From IMG/VR virus record IMGVR_UViG_2718218293_000003: 64,000 nucleotides of DNA. One strand, written 5' to 3'. This document shows positions 18,834 through 26,833 of the stretch, in pieces. The stretch's first letter is position 1. Each line of letters opens with the position of its first letter. Source of the stretch: a virus. The translations under genes were made by a program, and so were the position numbers. The notes under the pieces were generated by a model that saw only the letters and a list, made by a program, of their open reading frames with translations, was not told where the DNA came from and searched no databases.

Positions 18834-18863
18834 CTTGGCTTCTCTGCCGAACAGCGCGTTCAT
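18834..18863 (+). promoter_or_regulatory. Repeated upstream motif, copy 1
   Basis: CTTGGCTT-CTCTGCC-GAACAGCGCGTTCAT. Confidence 0.75.
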
Positions 18864-18898
18864 CACACCACGTTCAAACCACCTCGAAGGAGAAACAC

Positions 18899-19393
18899 AT
18901 GACCACGCAACAACTGACCCCGGCACAGCACGCCATCCTCGCCTATGCCATCCAGCACACCAGCGGCAAAATCGAATGGTTCCCCGACAACATCAAAGGC
19001 GGCGCACGCAAGAAGGTGCTTGAAGGCTTGATCAAACGGGATCTGATTGCCACCGCCGGCGACGACTGGCTGGTTGCAGCCGAAGGCTACAACGCACTGG
19101 GGCTCAAAGCACCGCAGCCCGAAGAACCCGCTCCAGAGGCCGAGCCGGCGCGCAAGACGCCGCGCACGCGCGAGAACAGCAAGCAGGCCCAGGTAATCGC
19201 GATGCTGCGCCACCCCGAAGGGGCAACGGTGAGCGAAATCTGCAAGGCGACCGGCTGGCAAGCCCACACCGTGCGCGGCGCGTTTGCCGGCACCTTCAAG
19301 AAACGACTCGGGCTGACCATCACCTCCCACAAGCCGGCCAACGGTGAACGCGTGTACCGGATCGAAACCGAAGACGGCGACCAATCGGCCTGA
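18899..19393 (+). CDS. DUF3489-like winged-helix protein
   Basis: RENSKQAQVIAMLRHPEGAT...TGWQAHTVRG; AAGGAG RBS. Confidence 0.8.
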   Translation: MTTQQLTPAQHAILAYAIQHTSGKIEWFPDNIKGGARKKVLEGLIKRDLIATAGDDWLVAAEGYNALGLKAPQPEEPAPEAEPARKTPRTRENSKQAQVIAMLRHPEGATVSEICKATGWQAHTVRGAFAGTFKKRLGLTITSHKPANGERVYRIETEDGDQSA

Positions 19394-19448
19394 TGACGTA
19401 CGGGGCCGACTGCGATTGCGGCGGCCCCGCATAAAACTGGGGACAGCG

Positions 19449-19478
19449 CTTGGCTTGTGGCCGGAACAGCGCGTTCAT
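19449..19478 (+). promoter_or_regulatory. Repeated upstream motif, copy 2
   Basis: CTTGGCTT-GTGGCCG-GAACAGCGCGTTCAT. Confidence 0.75.
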
Positions 19479-19520
19479 GTCGTTGTCGTGATTGACGACG
19501 CCAACTTCAAGGAACACGCC

Positions 19521-19871
19521 ATGAGCAACACCATCGAACGCACGCCCCGCACCCTGCTGGTCGGCAACACCGCAATCCAGGTCGAAGAACTCGCCGAACG
19601 CTTGTCCTTCGCCCGCAAGCCGGCTGACCTGAGCGAGGTGCGCGGCAAGGAATACGTCGAGGTCTACGTCACCGAGACCAAGGAACTCACCACGGCCGAA
19701 TTCGACGATTTCGCGAGCAGCCTGCTGGTGTCCCGCGACTGGCTGCGCGGCAAGGGCGGCGGCAAGCTCGGCAGCTACTTCTGCATCGAGGTCATCGCCC
19801 CCGGTCGCCCTACCCTCTATGTCAATCCGGAGGGTAGCGACTACGCGCGGTACGTGGCCCGCGCCGACTGA
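19521..19871 (+). CDS. Small hypothetical cassette protein
   Basis: MSNTIERTPR...FARKP...NPEGSDYARYV; AAGGA RBS. Confidence 0.75.
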   Translation: MSNTIERTPRTLLVGNTAIQVEELAERLSFARKPADLSEVRGKEYVEVYVTETKELTTAEFDDFASSLLVSRDWLRGKGGGKLGSYFCIEVIAPGRPTLYVNPEGSDYARYVARAD

Positions 19872-19901
19872 TCGCAACTACGAAGAAGAAGCCAGGAACA
19901 G

Positions 19902-19931
19902 CTTGGCTTCTCCGTCAAACAGCGCGTTCAT
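19902..19931 (+). promoter_or_regulatory. Repeated upstream motif, copy 3
   Basis: CTTGGCTT-CTCCGTC-AAACAGCGCGTTCAT. Confidence 0.75.
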
Positions 19932-19967
19932 ACAGGTGTCGCAACGACATCAACCAAGGACACCAAC

Positions 19968-20156
19968 ATGGACATCACCACCGCCAACTACAACGCTTTC
20001 GTCACCGAACTCACCGCCCTCACGCGCAAATACGGCGTTGCGCTCACCGCCATCGGCGGCGTCAGCATCGCCGATGAGCCCGGCGACTTCCGCGACGTCG
20101 TCTACGTCGCCGATATCACCAGCGGCGACCTGTACCCCCAAGACCCCGAAATCTGA
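19968..20156 (+). CDS. 62-aa hypothetical cassette protein
   Basis: MDITTANYNAFVTELTAL...; AAGGA RBS after motif copy 3. Confidence 0.65.
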   Translation: MDITTANYNAFVTELTALTRKYGVALTAIGGVSIADEPGDFRDVVYVADITSGDLYPQDPEI

Positions 20157-20314
20157 TCTACCTGCTGCATTGCGGTGCCGCCCTCCTGGGCGGTTTCCGC
20201 GCTGGCGCGAAGTAGCGTCGCGTTCGTGATAGGCACCACGCTGCGAGTGCGTCCCCGCACCACACAGCATGCGGGGCACTGTGCCCGCACGCTGCGGAGT
20301 GTTTGCTCTCCAGC

Positions 20315-20344
20315 CTTGGCTTGCGGCTCGAACAGCGCGTTACT
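20315..20344 (+). promoter_or_regulatory. Repeated upstream motif, copy 4
   Basis: CTTGGCTT-GCGGCTC-GAACAGCGCGTTACT. Confidence 0.72.
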
Positions 20345-20380
20345 GGTGCCATCACAACGACGCCCAAGAAGGAGCACGCC

Positions 20381-20746
20381 ATGACCACCACTGACCAGAT
20401 TCCCGCCACCCGCAACGAGGGCTGGGGCTTCTACGGCACGATGAAGGAACGTGCCGCCGAAGCCTGGCCGCTGGCGATGACAACCGTCGCAAAGGCCACC
20501 GGCTCGTCCCTTGATGCAGTGCGTCTCTTTCTCGACAGCGCATTCGGACGACACTTTGCGGATGACATCTGCAACGCCCTCCACGGTGGCCAGACACTTA
20601 CCGATGCCATCGACGCGACGGCGGCCGCGTGGATGCAGCGCAAGACGAACGGCGGGCTCAGCAAAATCTACGGCATCCCGCGCAACCTGCCCCACCTGAC
20701 GGCCTTTGTGGCCGCCAGCGAGATCGCCGACGAACTTTCGGCGTAG
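20381..20746 (+). CDS. Small hypothetical cassette protein
   Basis: MTTTDQIPATRNEGWGFYGT...FLDSAFGRHFAD; AAGGAG RBS. Confidence 0.72.
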   Translation: MTTTDQIPATRNEGWGFYGTMKERAAEAWPLAMTTVAKATGSSLDAVRLFLDSAFGRHFADDICNALHGGQTLTDAIDATAAAWMQRKTNGGLSKIYGIPRNLPHLTAFVAASEIADELSA

Positions 20747-20873
20747 AGCCCGCGAAACCGAGGGACTGCTCAATTGGCGCCCCCTCAGTCTGCCGCCTCG
20801 CGGATAACCGCTTCCTGTGCGCGGTGTACTCGCCCCATCAGTTGGTGCAACCGCACCACCCTTCTCGTCCATG

Positions 20874-20935
20874 TTCGCACCGGTGAGCACAACTTCGCGT
20901 CGAGCATAGAGCTTCGCGATGGCGCTTGCTAGCAT
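20874..20935 (+). promoter_or_regulatory. Complete hrpII-box promoter of ripAX2
   Basis: TTCG(20874)-N16-TTCG(20894)-N33-A-N3-T (TAGCAT, 20930-20935). Confidence 0.85.
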
Positions 20936-21099
20936 CGAAAGCCCGGCGCTCTCGCCGCCTGGGCTTGTGTATTCAACCTCTTGGAGCAATAACGACACGA
21001 TGCTTATACAGACACAGTACCCTGGGTTTTACATTGCAACCGCAAGTGACAATCAACGCGAAGCTGACCGTTATGCAGGCAAAGTAAACGAGGCGTTAG

Positions 21100-22273
21100 G
21101 GATGGTGTTCAGAACTCATTCCGTCGAACTGAGTCATCGAAGCGAAGCGGATGCGTAACAGACGATGCGAAGCCTGACGCGAACGGAACGCTACGCGCAG
21201 CATGGAGAGGCCGATTCCCGCCTGCTCGGGGCGGTTTTCCTTCATGCGCGGGCCTCACGCATCAGTCGCCCGCGCATCATCCACAGATTGCTCAGGGCAA
21301 ACAGCGTGTGTAATTGCTGTGTGTTCTTTATCAAGCCTCGATAGCGCACCCTCAAGTGCCCAAACTGGCGCTTGATGACTCGGAACGGATGTTCCACGCG
21401 GGCACGAATGCGCGCCTTGACCCGCTCCAGCTCATCGACGAGCGCACCCGACACGGTGCTCTTGTCCAAGGCGCGGCGTTTGCCCGGGCGTAATGCCACA
21501 TGCCAACGCACCTTCAACTCCTGCACCTCTTCGCGCTTGTCGATGCCCTGATAGCCGGCATCGCCGAACACGTCGGCCTCCTTGCCATGCACCAACGCAT
21601 GCGCTTGCGTCACGTCGTTGACGTTGGCGGCCGTGCCCAGCACGGTATGCACCAGCCCCGAGTCCGCATCCACGCCAATGTGCGCTTTCATTCCGAAATG
21701 CCACTGGTTACCTTTCTTGGTCTGGTGCATCTCGGGGTCGCGCTTGCCGCTGCCATTCTTGGTCGAGCTGGGCGCGGCAATCAGCGAGGCGTCGACCACC
21801 GTGCCCTCTTTGAGCAGGTAGCCCTTCGCACTGAGTTGCGCGTTGACCGTCTGCAGAAATTGCTCGGCCAATTGGTGTCGCTCCAGCAAGTGCCGAAAGC
21901 GCAGAATGCTGACCCGGTCCGGCAGTCGGCTTATGCCTCCCAGCCCCGCGAATTGCCGATACAACGGCACGTCGTACAGCGCCTCTTCCATCGCCACGTC
22001 CGTCAGCCCGAACCATTGCTGCAGAAAGTGGATGCGCAGCATCGTTTCGACTGGAAACGGCTTCCGACCCGTCGCCTTGACCGGCGCATGCGGCGCTATC
22101 AACGCCAAAAACGCCTGCCACGGCACCACACGTTCCATCTCATCCAGAAATACCTGCTTGCGCGTGCGTCGGTTGCTCAGGTCCAGGCCAAGGTCGCTTT
22201 GTTTCATGGGTTCATCCAGCGTTGCGAACCTTCCTTCGACTGCCCGCGCTTGCGGGAGTTTTGAACACTATCC
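21100..22273 (-). mobile_element. IS5-family element, IS1405-like (1174 bp)
   Basis: IRs GGATGGTGTTCAGAACTC / GAGTTTTGAACACTATCC; TTAG duplication at 21096-21099 and 22274-22277. Confidence 0.93.
21242..22207 (-). CDS. IS5-family transposase (321 aa)
   Basis: VVDASLI, DPEMHQTKKGNQWHFGMK, RARVEHPF. Confidence 0.95.
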   Translation of the reverse strand: MKQSDLGLDLSNRRTRKQVFLDEMERVVPWQAFLALIAPHAPVKATGRKPFPVETMLRIHFLQQWFGLTDVAMEEALYDVPLYRQFAGLGGISRLPDRVSILRFRHLLERHQLAEQFLQTVNAQLSAKGYLLKEGTVVDASLIAAPSSTKNGSGKRDPEMHQTKKGNQWHFGMKAHIGVDADSGLVHTVLGTAANVNDVTQAHALVHGKEADVFGDAGYQGIDKREEVQELKVRWHVALRPGKRRALDKSTVSGALVDELERVKARIRARVEHPFRVIKRQFGHLRVRYRGLIKNTQQLHTLFALSNLWMMRGRLMREARA

Positions 22274-22841
22274 TTAGGGAAAATTGCGTCCGGGCGCTCG
22301 GGGGATGAACTACTTCGCGGTATCAGCTCTCTGAGTGCGACCAGGCAGCGCAAACTGACCATCAGCGAGATCGACTCCGATGACGATCCCGGTACGGAAG
22401 CCGTCCTCACCAGGCCACAGATTGCAGCGTACGAGCCATCGGATTTTCGAGCCAACAAGAGAATCGCCAAACAGTTCGCGAGAGGAGAAGTCTCTTCGGA
22501 ACCTGCCGGCTGCAGCGCGATCGTGAACTGGAACCCCAAGACCAGCATCAAGCTGAGCCGAAACGGCTCGCCGAAGCGCCTGCATAAAGACCCCAAAGAA
22601 TCGTTCGCTGTCCTCGCCCATGAACTGATCCATGCCCGCCACGTCATGGCAGGTACATCCAAAGCCTGGAGCGGCGACCGTTACAACGAAACCAGCGAGG
22701 CAGGCCAGGAAGAGCTGAGGGCGGTTGGCTTGGGGGCCTACGCACACGCCTACACCGGTGAACCGACGGAAAACTCCATCCGTGCGGAACAAGGCTTGCA
22801 GGCGCGCAGCAAGTACAAGCCACGCAACGCGTAACCCATTG

Positions 22842-24110
22842 TCAAGGCTCGCCTGAAATGGCGAGCCTATCCGCGCGTGCGTCGTCCAGTAACGCCCCGT
22901 CCGACTCTCGATAGGCGAGCTCACCCGTCCAACCCTGCCACCGGCGCACGATCACATCGACATACTTGGGATCGAGCTCAATCAGGCGTGCTGCTCGCCC
23001 CGCCTTCTCCGTAGCAATTAGCGTCGTCCCCGAACCGCCGAACGCGTCGAGCACCACGTCGCCCGGCCGGCTCGAATTGCGAATCGCCCGTTCCACCAGT
23101 TCCACCGGCTTCATCGTGGGGTGCAAGTCGTTGCGGGCAGGTCTCTTGATCTGCCAGACGTCTCCCTGATCGCGGTCGCCGCACCAATGCCGCTGCGCCC
23201 CTTCGGCCCAGCCGTACAGGATCGGTTCGTATTGCCGCTGGTAATCCGCGCGGCCAAGCGTGAAACGGTCCTTGGCCCAGATGATGAAGGTTGACCAGCG
23301 CCCGCCCGCCTCGCGGAACGCCGCCTGCAGCACGTCCAGTTCGCTGGAAGACATCGCCACGTAGATACCGCCGCGGCAGTTGGCGATCGTCGGCGTCAGC
23401 GCCGCCAGCAGGAAATCGTAGAAGCCCCCGCCCAGGTTGTCGTTCAGGATGGCCCGGCTCGTGCCGCGCTGCCGCTCCTTGGCCGTATTGGCGTAGTTCA
23501 CGTTGTACGGGGGATCCATGAACACCATGTCCGCCGGCTCGCCCTGCAACAGCCTGTCGTAGCTCTCCGCGACGGTCGCATCCCCGCACAGCAGCCGGTG
23601 CCTGCCCAACACCCAGACGTCGCCCGGACGGGAGATCGGATCCTCGGGCACTTCCGGCAGCGCAGACGCCTCCGCCTGGCCGTCGCCCTCCTCCCCGTCC
23701 ATCAGATCAGCGAGCGCGTCCGCATCGAAACCCGTCAACGACAGGTCGAAGTTCGCCGCGTCGAGCGCGGCCAGCTCGGCGCGCAGCACGGCTTCGTCCC
23801 AGCCCGCGTTCTCGGCGATGCGGTTGTCCGCGATCACGAGCGCCCGCCGTTGCGTGGGGCTCAGGTGGTCCAGCACCACCACCGGCACCACCTGCAGGCC
23901 CAGCTTCATGGCAGCGGCGAGGCGCCCGTGCCCCGCGACGATGACGCCGTCTGCACCGGCCAGGATCGGGTTGGTGAACCCGAACTCCACGATGCTGGCC
24001 GCGATCTGCGCGATCTGTTCGTCGGAGTGCGTCCGGGCGTTGGCGGCGTAGGGAGCGAGCCTCTGGATCGGCCAGTGCTCGATCTTGCCTGCGAGCCAGG
24101 AGGCCGTCAT
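22842..24110 (-). CDS. ParB-N-fused site-specific DNA amino-methyltransferase
   Basis: N-terminal ParB-like NARTHS...AGHGRL; FMDPPYN; HPTMKP; DAFGGSGTT. Confidence 0.88.
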   Translation of the reverse strand: MTASWLAGKIEHWPIQRLAPYAANARTHSDEQIAQIAASIVEFGFTNPILAGADGVIVAGHGRLAAAMKLGLQVVPVVVLDHLSPTQRRALVIADNRIAENAGWDEAVLRAELAALDAANFDLSLTGFDADALADLMDGEEGDGQAEASALPEVPEDPISRPGDVWVLGRHRLLCGDATVAESYDRLLQGEPADMVFMDPPYNVNYANTAKERQRGTSRAILNDNLGGGFYDFLLAALTPTIANCRGGIYVAMSSSELDVLQAAFREAGGRWSTFIIWAKDRFTLGRADYQRQYEPILYGWAEGAQRHWCGDRDQGDVWQIKRPARNDLHPTMKPVELVERAIRNSSRPGDVVLDAFGGSGTTLIATEKAGRAARLIELDPKYVDVIVRRWQGWTGELAYRESDGALLDDARADRLAISGEP

Positions 24111-25495
24111 TGCACCACCTCCTCGCCCGCCAGGCGCTCGGCCGCAACGGCCGCGAAGGTCTGGCCGGTCGACTGCAGCGTCACCGGCGCCTCGGGGAAG
24201 TTCTGCTGGAAGCGCTTGATCGTGACGTCCACGTATTCGGGTGCGATCTCGACGCTGCGGCACTGACGCCCGGTCCGCTGGGCGGCGAGCATGGTGGTGC
24301 CGCTGCCGCCGAAGGGTTCGAACACGATGTCACCGGTATCCGAGTACGCCTCGATCACGAACTCCGGGAGCGCGACCGGGAATACCGCCGGGTGGTCGAT
24401 GTCGCGGCCGATCTTGCCCTTGTGCCGCATCACACGGATCACCGAATCCGGGATCCGGGTGTCCTGGGTAAGTTTGCCCTCGTGTGTCCAACTCCCGCGA
24501 ACGCCGTCCTTGCCCCGCATCGAGGTCGACGTGCCGTCGGGGCGCAGGTGCTCGTCCTGGCCAGCGTACTTGCAAGGCACGGTCTTGTTTGCCTGGCGAG
24601 CCTCACGATTGAAGTGGAAGACGAATTCGAAGGATGGTGCCAACCGGCCACGCCAGTCGCCGGGCATGCCCGGTCCCTGGTCCCACACGTACCAGCCGAA
24701 CCGCCGCCAGCCCTGCGTGCGCATCCACGCGATCCAGGCATCCCAGTATGGGACGACCTCGCTGTCGCGGTGGACCAGCCCGAGGTTGACGAGCACCTGG
24801 CCGTCGCCCGCCATCGGCACGTTGCCGAAGACGCCGCGCATCAGCACGTCCCAGTTCGCGATACCACCGGTGGTGTAATTGCGCTGGTTGGCGTAGGGCG
24901 GCGAGGTAAAGCACAGCGCGGCTTGTTGGGCCGCGATCACCGCGCTGTCGGTGGCATCGCCGCAGATCAGGCGGTGCTCGCCCAGGAGCCAGACGTCGCC
25001 CGGCCGGGACACCGGCACCGCCGATGCTGCGGGCACGTCGTCCGCCTCATCCGGTTCCGGATCGCTCGCCCCATCGTCCTCAGCTTCGCCCAGCTCGTCA
25101 GCCAACAGCGCGTCGATCTCGGCGTCATTGAAACCGGTCAGGGCCAGGTCGTAGCCGGCGTCAGCGAGTTCCGCGAATTCCAGCGCCAGCAGTTCCTCGT
25201 CCCAGCCCGCATCGAGCGCGATACGGTTGTCGGCGAGGATCAACGCGCGCTTCTGCGTCGGCGACAGGTGGGCCAGCTCGATCACCGGCACCTCGTCCAT
25301 GCCGAGCTGGCGCGCGGCGGCCAGACGCCCATGGCCCGCGATCACACCGTTCTCGCCATCGACCAGGACCGGGTTGGTCCAGCCGTACTCCACGATGCTG
25401 GCGGCGATCCTGGCCACCTGCTCGTCGTTGTGGGTCCTCGGGTTCCTTGCGTAAGGAATCAGCGCCGCGACCTTGCGGTACTCGACGTTGAGCAT
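24107..25495 (-). CDS. ParB-N-fused site-specific DNA amino-methyltransferase
   Basis: YARNPRTH...AGHGRL; FTSPPY; HPAVFP; EPFGGSGTT. Confidence 0.88.
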   Translation of the reverse strand: MLNVEYRKVAALIPYARNPRTHNDEQVARIAASIVEYGWTNPVLVDGENGVIAGHGRLAAARQLGMDEVPVIELAHLSPTQKRALILADNRIALDAGWDEELLALEFAELADAGYDLALTGFNDAEIDALLADELGEAEDDGASDPEPDEADDVPAASAVPVSRPGDVWLLGEHRLICGDATDSAVIAAQQAALCFTSPPYANQRNYTTGGIANWDVLMRGVFGNVPMAGDGQVLVNLGLVHRDSEVVPYWDAWIAWMRTQGWRRFGWYVWDQGPGMPGDWRGRLAPSFEFVFHFNREARQANKTVPCKYAGQDEHLRPDGTSTSMRGKDGVRGSWTHEGKLTQDTRIPDSVIRVMRHKGKIGRDIDHPAVFPVALPEFVIEAYSDTGDIVFEPFGGSGTTMLAAQRTGRQCRSVEIAPEYVDVTIKRFQQNFPEAPVTLQSTGQTFAAVAAERLAGEEVVQ

Positions 25496-25612
25496 GTTCT
25501 GTTTCGGGTTCCCAAAAGAAGACGGCCCGCGCGGGAACGGATCTCGGCGCAGGCCGAGCGGAAATGAAAACGCCCGCCGACGGCGAACCGTAAGCGGGCG
25601 CGGAATGAGAGG

Positions 25613-25767
25613 GGTGCGAACCTGTGGGGTGCGAACCAGCACTGGGGCAGGTTCGCACCGCCCCCAAAACACAAGACCCGCGCAAACGCAGTGCTGGCGC
25701 GGGTCTGGAGGGAATGGCCGGTTCGTTGCGGCCGGAGGTGCGCACCGTGCGAACCTGGGTTCGCACC
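25613..25767. repeat. Five GTGCGAACC repeats (3 direct, 2 inverted) in the intergenic region upstream of the packaging operon
   Basis: Direct copies at 25613, 25628 and 25747; inverted copies at 25650 and 25758. Confidence 0.7.
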
Positions 25768-25992
25768 CTGACGGTGGGCAAGCGTTGCGCTTGTCCCTCC
25801 CGTATTGCGCTTTAGGAAGGAAGGACCCCTTCGCCCCCTGGGGGGCCTCGCGGCCCCGGCGCTTATGTCGTCACGATAGGCGTAAATGTACCGCTTTTCG
25901 GGAGAGATGCGACACCCCCCTTTTTGCGTTGGCTTATCAACCGTTAGCAACCCTTCGCAATATTGCGCAGGCGTTGCCAATATTGCGTAATT

Positions 25993-26400
25993 TTACGCAC
26001 GGCCAACCTGCTCGCCTCCGTTGAGCCGGTCGACCACCGTCTGCATCGCGCGTTGCCAGCGCCGTTGTGCCGTCTTGATGCAGCACGCATAGCGCTTGGC
26101 GATGTACTGCCATTCGTCGCCTTGCGCGCGCATCCAGACCAGGTGCCGGTGGTCCACGTCCAACCACTGCACCCACCGCATCGTCTCCAGCATTCGGTCG
26201 ATGGCTGCGGGACTGGGCGGATAGTAGTGACGCGGCTGGTCGTCCGCTGCCAGGCGCTCCCATTGCTCGCGCACGATGTGCGGCCAGACACGGAAGTAGC
26301 CCTGCACGCGGACGGGTGGAAGCGTGCGCCCTGTACGCGCCGCCTCCTCGAAACGCGCTGCGACGGAATCAAGTGTCCAGGCGGTCGTGCTACCGGTCAT
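25993..26400 (-). CDS. Conserved prophage protein (DUF6362-like, possible late regulator)
   Basis: WTLDSVAARFEEAARTGRTLP...MRWVQWL...; C-terminal HTH-like segment; follows the replication genes. Confidence 0.65.
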   Translation of the reverse strand: MTGSTTAWTLDSVAARFEEAARTGRTLPPVRVQGYFRVWPHIVREQWERLAADDQPRHYYPPSPAAIDRMLETMRWVQWLDVDHRHLVWMRAQGDEWQYIAKRYACCIKTAQRRWQRAMQTVVDRLNGGEQVGRA

Positions 26401-26602
26401 GGCGCTTGCCTCCCTCACCGTAGAGCCGTTCACCGATGCGGCGCACCAGCTCGCGTTCGAGGAAGTCCAGGCGGTCGTCGGATTCGTTCACCACGAGGAT
26501 GCGCTGGTCCCGCCAGCCTTGCCGTTTGAACGCTTCGAGGTCCGTGACCTCGGGCTGCGTGCGGGCCAGTGCGGATTTGTAGGACGGTGTGGGAATCTTC
26601 AT
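26390..26602 (-). CDS. Small prophage hypothetical protein
   Basis: 70 aa, overlapping the next gene start. Confidence 0.6.
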   Translation of the reverse strand: MKIPTPSYKSALARTQPEVTDLEAFKRQGWRDQRILVVNESDDRLDFLERELVRRIGERLYGEGGKRHDR

Positions 26603-26715
26603 GCCACACCTCCTAAGTCTCGGAACATCAGCGGCTGCAATGCCCGGCCAAGCTTGCTGTTCTGATGTTGGGCGACATGGGTCGTCGTCATGGTTTCAGT
26701 CCTTCGTTTTGTTCG

Positions 26716-26814
26716 GACCGACGCAGCTGGCGCAGTACATCGAAACTCCCTTGAGGTGCGTGTACGCGCACGTACGCGTAGGAGTTACGACGTAGTACGT
26801 CAGCTGCGTCGGTC
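26716..26814. repeat. 17-bp inverted repeat downstream of the primase (candidate origin)
   Basis: GACCGACGCAGCTGGCG (26716-26732) and CGTCAGCTGCGTCGGTC (26798-26814), one mismatch, enclosing GTACGCGCACGTACGCGTA. Confidence 0.55.
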
Positions 26815-26833
26815 GGATGTGTCGGCGTGAAGC

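Larger units (their letters stand above)
21000..22834 (+). pseudogene. ripAX2: HopH1-family zinc metalloprotease effector RipAX2, split by an IS1405-like element
   Basis: Removing the IS and one TTAG restores a 218-aa ORF, MLIQTQYPGFYIAT...NEALGKIASG...LAHELIHARH...KYKPRNA, with the HExxH motif. Confidence 0.88.

Noticed and set aside
20894..20916. Second TTCG pair upstream of ripAX2
   Set aside because: Spacing is N15. The N16 pair at 20874-20897 has the correct -10 element.
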